A stretch of DNA of 11,686 nucleotides from Myxococcales bacterium (GCA_038320275.1 JBBQEB010000122.1:1-11686); one strand, 5' to 3'. Counted from the stretch's first letter, positions 1-8,859 are shown. Notes: generated by a model not told the origin, from the sequence alone. Numbers and translations are program-made.

Positions 1-138
1 CCAGGGCCGCCGTGCGCGATACCGCGGAGTTCGCAAAAACCTCTTCGACTTACGGCGAGCCTCGGCCATCCAGAACTTGGAAGCCATCCAGCGCAAGGTG
101 GCGTGATGAGATCCCTTTCAACCTATTCGGTGCTCTAG
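1..138 (+). mobile_element. Right end of an IS1182-family insertion sequence (element runs off the left edge of the window)
   Basis: Transposase C-terminus ends at 106 and is followed by a short, AT-richer tail ...TTCAACCTATTCGGTGCT-CTAG (CTAG at 135-138), interpreted as terminal inverted repeat plus target site. The left end is outside the window, so the IR and target duplication cannot be confirmed. Confidence 0.7.
2..106 (+). CDS. IS1182-family transposase, C-terminal fragment (5' partial)
   Basis: Not in the ORF track. My translation of frame +2 is QGRRARYRGVRKNLFDLRRASAIQNLEAIQRKVA* (TGA 104-106). The R-A-R-Y-R-G-x-x-K-N...(A)xxNL pattern is typical of the DDE_Tnp_1_6 / IS1182-type C-terminus. 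Confidence 0.8.
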   Translation, partial: QGRRARYRGVRKNLFDLRRASAIQNLEAIQRKVA

Positions 139-251
139 GAACGGCAGCTCGAGGATCGCGCTTCAGGTCGTGTGCCTATGGTTTTCGGCCCTCGGCGCCG
201 CCACGTTCCCGCAACCTCTCGTGGTGGGTGCCTCGGCAGCCGGGTCTCCCG

Positions 252-830
252 TCAGCTCGGGTCTGCCGGCCACCAAGGCGGCAGCGGGTCGCTCCGCTCG
301 ATGGCCTTGCCCGCCTCGAACACCGCCACCTTCCTGAAGGGCCGCGCGAGGTCGCTGTTGTCGAAGACGAGGACCTGCGGCAGCTCGCGGATCGCGCGCC
401 GGAGGTTTTCGAGCGACCTCGGATACCGCGCGAGGAGCTTCTCGGTGGGCACGTCGTGGCCCCCCTGGAGGACCCGCATCGCGACCCGCTCGTCGCTCAG
501 CTCGGGAGACGCGAGCCCGATGAAGCACAGCACCACCGTAGAGCCCTGGTCGCCCGCTTTCTGGAGGAATGCGAGCTTGTCGCCGACCGGGTCGGAGAAC
601 ACCGTCTCGAAGACGAAGCTCTCGCGCTGCGCGAGCAGCGCCTCCCGCAGCTTCATCGCCGCGTCCGCGGCCTCGTACGCGTCGAGGCCGAGCTCGCGCG
701 CGAGGTCGTCGGCGTTGACGAAGCGGAGCCCTGCCGGCGCGAGGTGTGCTTCGTAGAAGGTGGTCTTGCCCGCGCCGTTGGGGCCGGCGATCGCAACGAT
801 GATCGGCCGGGCATCGAACGGCGAGCTCAC
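252..830 (-). CDS. Zeta-toxin-like / COG4185 P-loop ATPase-kinase (putative toxin)
   Basis: Walker A IAGPNGAGKTT; family motifs FVNADDLA, SFVFETVFS, RVAMRVLQGGHDVP, FDNS. The start overlaps the upstream stop (ATGA, 827-830). Confidence 0.88.
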   Translation of the reverse strand: MSSPFDARPIIVAIAGPNGAGKTTFYEAHLAPAGLRFVNADDLARELGLDAYEAADAAMKLREALLAQRESFVFETVFSDPVGDKLAFLQKAGDQGSTVVLCFIGLASPELSDERVAMRVLQGGHDVPTEKLLARYPRSLENLRRAIRELPQVLVFDNSDLARPFRKVAVFEAGKAIERSDPLPPWWPADPS

Positions 831-1201
831 CGTCGGCGCGCCGGGCGGAACTGGCGGTTCACGAAGCGCCCGACCGTCCGGGTACCGTCCTCGTCGATCT
901 TCGCGAGGAGCCCGGGGGCTTCCGTCGCTGGCTCAAAGTGGGGGTAGGGCCGGGTTGCGAGCTGCGACTTCAGGCGCTCCCGCCCGGCCTTCGAGTCCAC
1001 CTCCGATAGGCACGCAGAGAGCGGAAGGACTTCTCCACGCTGCTTCAGCCGCAAGACCGCTTCGGTCCGCAGCACCGGTTCGATGGCGCGGCCGAGCCGA
1101 GCCCAGAACTCCACCTGCCCCGCGATGGATCGCTCGGTCGTTTCGCCGACCACGCGAGCATCCAGGACGAGCTGGTCGGAGAGCTTCACGGGCTGACCCA
1201 T
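827..1201 (-). CDS. ParD-like family antitoxin (ribbon-helix-helix-type N-terminus) with C-terminal extension
   Basis: MGQPVKLSDQLVLDAR...RSIAGQVEFWARLGRAIE matches the ParD_like pattern (VKLSDxL...RSxxxQxEFWAxLG). I moved the start from 1246 to ATG 1201 because homology begins there and a promoter occupies 1208-1235. Confidence 0.85.
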   Translation of the reverse strand: MGQPVKLSDQLVLDARVVGETTERSIAGQVEFWARLGRAIEPVLRTEAVLRLKQRGEVLPLSACLSEVDSKAGRERLKSQLATRPYPHFEPATEAPGLLAKIDEDGTRTVGRFVNRQFRPARRR

Positions 1202-1235
1202 GTTCACAAGGTAGCGTTTTGCTACCGACATGCAA
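1202..1235 (-). promoter_or_regulatory. Sigma70-like leaderless promoter of the TA operon with overlapping operator palindrome
   Basis: Minus strand reads TTGCAT-N16-TACCTT-N6-ATG. A perfect inverted repeat GGTAGC-N5-GCTACC (1210-1226) overlaps the -10 box and the spacer. Confidence 0.65.
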
Positions 1236-1250
1236 GGCGTCTCCATTCGG

Positions 1251-1261
1251 CCCCCCCCCCC
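1251..1261. repeat. C11 homopolymer tract
   Basis: Eleven consecutive C residues in the intergenic region between the TA operon and uup. Confidence 0.9.
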
Positions 1262-1458
1262 AGACGCGCCCGTTCGAGGTCGCGATCACGGCGTCGTCGA
1301 CGCGGCCGATGCGAAGGCCTGCCCTCTCCGCTGGGGCCAGTTCTCCTCCAGCGCCTTCCCGCTTCACGCCCTCGGCCCGCCCTTCCACGACCGAGGCGCT
1401 GCGCCCGGGCCTGCTGCCCGGTTGCGCTTCCCCGGCCCGGATGCGAAGAGTCGGCCCC

Positions 1459-3456
<1,998 letters not shown>

Positions 3457-3610
3457 AGGCGCCGACGGGAGCGGGGCTACCGCACCGGCCGTATCGACAA
3501 CGCCGATGCCCAGTTGTGGCGCGGCGATTCACCGCAACCGGGCTCCTCACCCAAGGTGCAAGCATCCAATCACGCGCCGGTAGTCCACCCGCCGGCCCTG
3601 GAGCCCTCCA

Positions 3611-4252
3611 GTGAAGACAAAGCTCAGCCTTCCCATGGCCGCCGTGGTAGTGGCCATCGCCAGCGTGTACGCCCCCGCCGATGCCTACACGTACTCGGTG
3701 GCCTCCACTACCACGTGGAGCAACTCCTGTGATTGCCACGCCTCGCCTTTGACATACACGTCCAATCAGGCCGACAACTTCGATGCCTGGATGGCCATCA
3801 ACGGCCATTGGCGCATGCGCAAGTTCGCTAATTGGATTTGGGCCAGCGACTACATTGAAGACACAAAAGGCGGCATGGATGACTCTCACACGGATGATTC
3901 GGACATCGTCGTGTACTCTGGCCACGGCTGGGCTGGAGCGAACCGGTGGGGACAAACCTTCTATACCCCTCTGTGCTTCAAGGGTAGCTATGGCAGTTGT
4001 TGGGCTGATTCGGAAGACATGGTGTTCGGTGAGGTAGGAGGGCCGGATGTTTCGCTCGCGCCGCATTACGCCTTCGTTTACGAGCCTGCCGCTGGTGTGG
4101 TGGCGAAAAAGATTGTGGAAACGCTTCCAGCGGTTACGGCTCCTGATGCACTCGCGCTTATTCGGAACGACGAGCGAGCGGAGGAGAACCGGAAGGCGTC
4201 CATCCGCAGTCGTGCTGCTCCGCCCGATGAGCGCTGGGACCGCGTCCCATGA
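3611..4252 (+). CDS. Secreted DUF6345-like protein, probably truncated or chimeric
   Basis: SD GGAG at 3600-3603 and GTG start; Sec-type signal peptide MKTKLSLPMAAVVVAIASVYAPADA; motif WASDY...DD...DDSDIVVYSGHG, which I recognise as DUF6345-like. GC is lower here (31/60 G+C at 3841-3900, versus 48/60 at 1741-1800 in uup). Confidence 0.65.
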   Translation: MKTKLSLPMAAVVVAIASVYAPADAYTYSVASTTTWSNSCDCHASPLTYTSNQADNFDAWMAINGHWRMRKFANWIWASDYIEDTKGGMDDSHTDDSDIVVYSGHGWAGANRWGQTFYTPLCFKGSYGSCWADSEDMVFGEVGGPDVSLAPHYAFVYEPAAGVVAKKIVETLPAVTAPDALALIRNDERAEENRKASIRSRAAPPDERWDRVP

Positions 4253-4758
4253 GCTTTCCGGGTTCTTGCGGGCAGCTTTGGTTCGTCAAGGGCATTAGAT
4301 CGAGTGTGCTCGCGATGTGCGCCGTCGCTTGCGGCAGCAGCCCGCAGACGTACGAGGTCATGCTTCGGCTGAAGGGAAGCGGGCCAGCCTTCCGCGGGCG
4401 GACGATCGACGTGCAAGGCATTCGTGCGAAGGATCCCGTCCAGTCCAACGGGTCCTGGTGGGCGGAGGTCATGCTTTGCACCACGTCCGAGTCGCGCTTC
4501 CTCAACGAGCCGGTGCGATTCACCGTTCAATCCAACGGGGAGGTCGTCGCGACCACCGTGGTGGAGCGTACGAAGTGCCGCGACGCGTGGGGCTCGTACG
4601 ACAAGAGCGCGATCAACGGCCGCACGCCGATCGAGTGGAACATTCTCCATCTGGAGGACGACGGCACCGTGGTCCGGCCCAATCCTCCCGACCCCACCGA
4701 CTTGCTCTGCGCCCCACCGGCAGGGCCACCCGCGTCCTGCGAACACCCGAACCTTTGA
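4249..4758 (+). CDS. Hypothetical lipoprotein
   Basis: ATGA overlap with the upstream stop; hydrophobic stretch ending in a lipobox-like AVA-C-GSS; beta-rich mature region with several Cys; GC-biased third codon positions. Exact start is uncertain. Confidence 0.65.
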   Translation: MSFPGSCGQLWFVKGIRSSVLAMCAVACGSSPQTYEVMLRLKGSGPAFRGRTIDVQGIRAKDPVQSNGSWWAEVMLCTTSESRFLNEPVRFTVQSNGEVVATTVVERTKCRDAWGSYDKSAINGRTPIEWNILHLEDDGTVVRPNPPDPTDLLCAPPAGPPASCEHPNL

Positions 4759-4793
4759 CCAGGCCCCGGGGTCAGCGCGCGGGAAGGGCCTCG

Positions 4794-4811
4794 GCTCATC
4801 TCGGGATGAGC
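4794..4811. terminator. Hairpin between convergent lipoprotein and helicase genes (possible terminator or stabiliser)
   Basis: Perfect 7-bp stem GCTCATC-tcgg-GATGAGC. There is no U-tract on either side, so it is not a canonical intrinsic terminator. Confidence 0.3.
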
Positions 4812-4964
4812 GGGGCGTTCGGGGAGCTCGGGCCGCTTCGCGGCCGCCGGTGGAGAGCACCTGCGGTGAGAGATGCTCGGGGCGGACCTCCTCGGCGTTC
4901 ATGAGGTGGTCCGTCGGAATGAGTCCTCCGCACGGGGGCGGAGGGCACCGAGAGCGGACGAGGC

Positions 4965-6335
4965 TCAGCGCCTTCGCTTCGGGCCCCAGGAGCCGAGGAG
5001 CTTCGCCTTCGCGCCGGACGCAGCGGGCTGTGCAACGGTCGCCGAGACACTCGCCGGGGCGCTCGCCGAGCGGGCCCGGGCGCCGGCCGCGGCTGCTGTT
5101 CCGCGACCGCGGGCCGCCGCGCTGCGGTGCGCGGCGGGACGGCGCAAGGGCTGGGACCGAGCCGGACGCTCGTGGGCAGCGGCGGCGCTGGCGCTGGCCC
5201 GGGCGAGCTCCTCCACGAACCGCGACGAGGTGCGCGGGACGTCGGCCCGGGGCAGGGGAACGCGGGTGAGGCGCTCGATGCCGCGGAGCAGGTCGAGCTC
5301 CTCGGGGGAGGCGAAGCTCGAAGCGCGGCCGCTCGCCTCCATGCGCGCGGTCCGGCCCACGCGGTGGACGTAGTCCTCCGGCACGTGCGGGAGGTCGAAG
5401 TTCACCACGTGGCCGATCTCGGCGACGTCGATGCCGCGGGCGGCGATGTCGGTGGCGACGAGCACCCGGTAGGTGCCGTCCTTGAAGCCGTCGAGGGCGG
5501 CGCGCCGCTGCCCCTGGGAGCGGTCGGCGTGGATGCGGGCCACGCGGTGCCCCAGCCGCTCCAGCCCCTTGGCGACGCGGTCGGCGCGGCGCTTGGTGCG
5601 GGTGAAGACGAGCGTCGTGAGCGCGTCTGCGTCGAGCAGCTCGGCGAGGAGCGGCAGCTTCTCCGTCGAGCTCGCCATGAACACCCGCTGGTCGGCGCGG
5701 GCAGCGGTGGTGCCGCTGCGCGTCACCTCCACCCGGACCGGATCGCGCAGGCTCGTCCGCGCGAAGTCCGCCACCTCGCCCGCCATGGTGGCCGAGAAGA
5801 GGAGCGTCTGCCGGAAGGCGGGGAGCCGGGCCAGGATGCGGGTGAGCTGGGGCTTGAAGCCCATGTCGAGCATCCGGTCGGCCTCGTCCAGCACCAGCAC
5901 CTCCAGCGCGTCGAGCTTCACGTTGCGGTCCTGGAGATGGTCGAGGAGCCTTCCGGGGGTGGCGATGATGACCGAGCGCCGCTCCCGCAGCGCCTCCACC
6001 TGGCCGCCCATGCCGACGCCGCCGATGATGACGGTGCCGCGCACGTTGCGCGAGGCGCCGAAGCGTGTGAGCTCCTCGCCGATCTGCACCGCCAGCTCGC
6101 GGGTGGGGGCGAGGACGAGGGCACGGGTGCCGTTCCGGCCGGCCAGCCGCTCGATGATGGGGAGGAGGAAGGCCACCGTCTTGCCGGTGCCAGTCGCGGC
6201 CGTGCCGATGACGTCCTTGCCCTCGAGCGCCGGCGGGATGGCGCGCTCCTGTATGGGCGTGGGCGCCTCGAAGCCGGCGGCAGCGAGGGACGACAGGGAC
6301 TCGGGGGAGAGCTTCAACGACGAGAAGGTGCTCAA
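4965..6335 (-). CDS. DEAD-box ATP-dependent RNA helicase (RhlE-like)
   Basis: Q motif GFEAPTPIQ, motif I AATGTGKT, PTRELA, TPGRL, DEAD, SAT, TDIAARGID and HRVGRTAR, plus a basic disordered C-terminal tail. TTG start with an upstream GGAG SD. Confidence 0.95.
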   Translation of the reverse strand: MSTFSSLKLSPESLSSLAAAGFEAPTPIQERAIPPALEGKDVIGTAATGTGKTVAFLLPIIERLAGRNGTRALVLAPTRELAVQIGEELTRFGASRNVRGTVIIGGVGMGGQVEALRERRSVIIATPGRLLDHLQDRNVKLDALEVLVLDEADRMLDMGFKPQLTRILARLPAFRQTLLFSATMAGEVADFARTSLRDPVRVEVTRSGTTAARADQRVFMASSTEKLPLLAELLDADALTTLVFTRTKRRADRVAKGLERLGHRVARIHADRSQGQRRAALDGFKDGTYRVLVATDIAARGIDVAEIGHVVNFDLPHVPEDYVHRVGRTARMEASGRASSFASPEELDLLRGIERLTRVPLPRADVPRTSSRFVEELARASASAAAAHERPARSQPLRRPAAHRSAAARGRGTAAAAGARARSASAPASVSATVAQPAASGAKAKLLGSWGPKRRR

Positions 6336-6492
6336 GCTGCAAAACTCCGTTCAGGGTCTTCGCCGGCCACCTCGGCCCGACGGACATCAAAGCTGACGAG
6401 GGGTTCCCGCCGACAGGCGAGCTCGCTCCGGGTGACTGGGTGGGCGGAGCGCTCGAGCCGCGTCGAATGCAGGGCGGCAGGCTTCGCCCGCC

Positions 6493-6501
6493 AATATAGC
6501 A
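6493..6501 (-). promoter_or_regulatory. Extended -10 promoter (TGcTATATT), probably driving the helicase
   Basis: Minus strand reads TG-c-TATATT, a conspicuous AT patch in the divergent intergenic region about 155 nt upstream of the helicase start. Confidence 0.5.
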
Positions 6502-6522
6502 GAAGCCGCCCGGAGGAGCACT

Positions 6523-6729
6523 GTGAACGACGGATTTCGCGAGGTGAAGGACCGCATTCGCAAGCTCGACGGCCTCCTTCAGGGGGGCGGGTCGAGCAAT
6601 CTGGAATTCGCCCAAGCGGTGAGCAAGGTGCGCCGGCTCGAGAAGAAGGGCGACCGCTCGCGTGAGCCGTCCCCCGAGCTGAAGACGCTGCTCGACAAGG
6701 CCGAGCTTCTGGCCCGCTCGGGCCGCTGA
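6523..6729 (+). CDS. Small hypothetical protein (68 aa, charged, probably helical)
   Basis: Strong SD GGAGGAG (6512-6518) before the GTG; host-like codon usage; fills the gap between the helicase promoter and the DTW gene. Confidence 0.75.
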   Translation: MNDGFREVKDRIRKLDGLLQGGGSSNLEFAQAVSKVRRLEKKGDRSREPSPELKTLLDKAELLARSGR

Positions 6730-6750
6730 CGACTGGAACCGAGGGACGGT

Positions 6751-7389
6751 CTGCGCGCCACCTGCCCGCGCTGTCTGCGGCCGGAGAGCTTCTGCGTGTG
6801 CGCCGGGCTCGTCCCGGCGGTCGCGCGCACGCGCGTGGTACTTTTGCAGCACCCCCGCGAGGCGCGGCTCGCGATCTGCAGCGCTTGGCTGACCCGGCTC
6901 GCCCTGGTCCACTCCGAGCTGCACGTCGGATTTCGCTTCGAAGAGCACGCTCGAATCCGCGAGCTCGCCGCCGCGGACGGCAGCGCGGTTCTCTACCCAG
7001 GTCCCGGCGCGCAGCTCGCCTCGTCGCGCGCCGCGGCCCCGCCCGCCGTGCTCTTCGTCCTCGACGGGACCTGGCTCCAGTCCGTGAAGATGCTGGCGGC
7101 GAACCCCCTCCTCGCGGCGCTCCCGCGGCTCGCTGTGGAGCCCGACCTTCCCAGCGGCTACGGAGCGCTGCGACGGGAGCCGGCGGAGCACTGTCTGTCC
7201 ACGGCCGAGGCGGTGGCGCTCGCGCTGGGGGCCCTGGAAGGAGACCCGCAGCGCTTCGCCCCCCTGCGGGCGGCCTTCCGACGGGCGGTGGAGCTCCAGC
7301 TCGCGTGCTCGTCCGACGGCCGACGGTCGCCGCGGCACCGTGATGGGCGGACCGCGACGGACCCGCCCGGTTCGAGGGATTCGCGGTAG
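6751..7389 (+). CDS. DTW-domain protein (tRNA-uridine aminocarboxypropyltransferase, TapT-like)
   Basis: Motifs LLQHPRE, LYPGP, VLDGTW, LPRL and LSTAEA. The N-terminal RxxCxxCxxPxxxCxC cluster begins at 6754, upstream of the track's GTG 6796, so I placed the start at CTG 6751, 4 nt after GAGGGA. Confidence 0.85.
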   Translation: MRATCPRCLRPESFCVCAGLVPAVARTRVVLLQHPREARLAICSAWLTRLALVHSELHVGFRFEEHARIRELAAADGSAVLYPGPGAQLASSRAAAPPAVLFVLDGTWLQSVKMLAANPLLAALPRLAVEPDLPSGYGALRREPAEHCLSTAEAVALALGALEGDPQRFAPLRAAFRRAVELQLACSSDGRRSPRHRDGRTATDPPGSRDSR

Positions 7390-7413
7390 TGCGCGACGGC
7401 TGGGTCGAGGAGG

Positions 7414-8196
7414 CTACGCCGGCAGCACGTACCATTGGCCGTTGGCAGCCTGCTCGCGCCGGAGCAGCCCGTCCTTCTCCATGGCCTCCAGCAGCCGGGA
7501 GAAGGAGGAGAAGCCGTGGTCGCGCTCGTCGAAGTCCGGCTCGCGACGGACGATGGCAGCCTTGATGGCGGAGGGGTTCACCGGCGAGGTGGCGCGCGCC
7601 AGGATCGAGCTGGCCGCATCGCGGGCCACCTCCGGCACCTCCTTCGCGAGCTCCTTCTCCTTCTCCTTTTCCTTCTCCTTCGGCCCGCCGCGATCGCGCT
7701 GGGCCGCCGCCTCCCTGCGCCGCTGTCCGGGGGCACGAAGGTAGATGAACTCGTCGCAGGCCTTCACGAAGAGCGGGCTCGTCGACTCCTTCACCGCCAT
7801 GCCGATGACGGTGCGGTCGTTCTCGCGCAGCTTGTAGGCGAGCGGGCAGAAGTCCGAGTCACCCGACGCGATGACGAAGGTGTCGATGTGCTCGCGCAGG
7901 TAGCACAGCTCCAGCGTATCGATGACGAGCCTGACGTCGGCACCGTTCTTTCCGGCGCGGGTGGACGGGGGCACGTCCACCAGATCGACGCCCTTCTCGT
8001 GGAGCCGGGTGGTGGCCTCGGGGAACCGGGTCCAGTCCGCGTAGGCCCTGCGGTAGACGACCTTCCCCTTCTCGAGCAGGGTGTCGAGCGCAGGCTGGAG
8101 GTCGAAGGTCTCGGACGCCAGCCCGGTGCGGGTCACGAGGTTCTCGAAGTCGATGAACAGCGCGATGCGCTGGTCCTGGGTGTCGCGCTTCAGCAT
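7414..8196 (-). CDS. NYN-domain (PIN-like, LabA/DUF88) protein with C-terminal OST-HTH/LOTUS domain
   Basis: IALFIDFEN, GKNGADVRLVID and IASGDSDFCPL carry the conserved acidic residues; the C-terminal PDFDERDHGFSSFSRLL is an OST-HTH signature. Start placed at ATG 8196 after a GGAG SD. Confidence 0.92.
   Translation of the reverse strand: MLKRDTQDQRIALFIDFENLVTRTGLASETFDLQPALDTLLEKGKVVYRRAYADWTRFPEATTRLHEKGVDLVDVPPSTRAGKNGADVRLVIDTLELCYLREHIDTFVIASGDSDFCPLAYKLRENDRTVIGMAVKESTSPLFVKACDEFIYLRAPGQRRREAAAQRDRGGPKEKEKEKEKELAKEVPEVARDAASSILARATSPVNPSAIKAAIVRREPDFDERDHGFSSFSRLLEAMEKDGLLRREQAANGQWYVLPA
7651..7680 (-). repeat. In-frame hexamer tandem repeat (5 x AAGGAG, one variant) encoding KEKEKEKEKE
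   Basis: Plus strand reads ctcctt ctcctt ctcctt ttcctt ctcctt, in the linker between the NYN and OST-HTH domains. Confidence 0.85.
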
Positions 8197-8302
8197 GAAG
8201 AGCTCCGGGGCGGCCTCTCCCGGCCGCAAAGGCGGCCAAACTGACAGGGCTCGGCTGGGAGCGCAAGAAGCGCCCTCCGCGCATCGTGCTCATGTTCCGT
8301 TC

Positions 8303-8815
8303 ATGAGCTCTGAATTCGAGGCAGCGGGGCAGGCGGACTTCGAGGAGTACGCCGCGCTCCTCAAGCGGTTCGACACGGCCATGCTCACCACGCAGGGACC
8401 GGATGGCCACTTCCACAGCCGGCCCATGGCGCTCCAGGAAAAGCGACCGGGCGAGGCGATCTGGTTCGCAACGCTGTCGGGGTCGGACAAGTGCCGCGAC
8501 ATCGAGCACGCGCCCAAGGTCGCTCTCTCCTTCCACGGCGGCAGCCACGACGCGGACTACCTGTCGATCTCCGGCCACGCCGCCATCGTGAACGATCGGG
8601 CGAAGATCCGGGAGATGTGGGACGCGAGCTGGAGGCCCTGGTTCCCGGAGGGGCCGGAGCAGAAGGATATCGTCCTCATCCAGGTGATCCCGGAGCACGT
8701 CGAGTGGGTGAAGCCGGAGGGTGGAAAGCTCAGGGTCCTCGCCAGCATGCTGAAGCGAACGGTCACCGGCTCGCGCGAGCCGCCCGACAGCAAGAAGTCG
8801 CTCGACGTCAATTAG
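8303..8815 (+). CDS. Pyridoxamine 5'-phosphate oxidase-like FMN-binding protein (general stress protein 26 type)
   Basis: TAMLTT...HSRPM...IWFAT...S.K..DI...PKV.LSF...YLSISGHA.IV.DRAKIREMW...WFPEGP...LIQV.P..VEW. Start placed at ATG 8303 because the longer ORF overlaps the NYN gene. Confidence 0.9.
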   Translation: MSSEFEAAGQADFEEYAALLKRFDTAMLTTQGPDGHFHSRPMALQEKRPGEAIWFATLSGSDKCRDIEHAPKVALSFHGGSHDADYLSISGHAAIVNDRAKIREMWDASWRPWFPEGPEQKDIVLIQVIPEHVEWVKPEGGKLRVLASMLKRTVTGSREPPDSKKSLDVN

Positions 8816-8859
8816 AGAGGCGAGCGCAGCAGGGAGGCGCCGGCAGGCGGGGCTCGCCG

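Noticed and set aside
760..1458. 233-aa N-terminal extension of the 898-aa ABC-F ORF
   Set aside because: Low-complexity Pro/Arg/Ala sequence overlapping the antisense TA genes; ABC homology only starts near 1459.
3517..3531. Sigma54-like promoter TGGCGCG-N4-TTCA upstream of the DUF6345-like gene
   Set aside because: The near-invariant -12 GC is missing (TTCA instead of TTGC).
4047..4298. Alternative-frame ORF as a frameshifted continuation of the DUF6345-like domain
   Set aside because: It lacks the expected Cys-containing motif and there is no slippery site; the main frame looks more protein-like.
4812..4964. Possible small ORF or gene remnant downstream of the helicase (MNAEEVRPEHLSPQ...)
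   Set aside because: No recognisable homology or well-spaced SD, and the ORF would run antisense through the lipoprotein gene.
6727..6755. Selenocysteine recoding of the in-frame TGA
   Set aside because: The downstream hairpin is weak and its loop is only about 12 nt from the UGA, and the position is an interdomain linker rather than a conserved Cys site.
4078..7338. 1086-aa minus-strand ORF, and other long alternative ORFs (12-947, 5127-6665, 7859-9697, 10134-11576, 1957-2988)
   Set aside because: Shadow ORFs typical of high-GC DNA; they overlap well-supported genes in other frames or strands and show no motifs.
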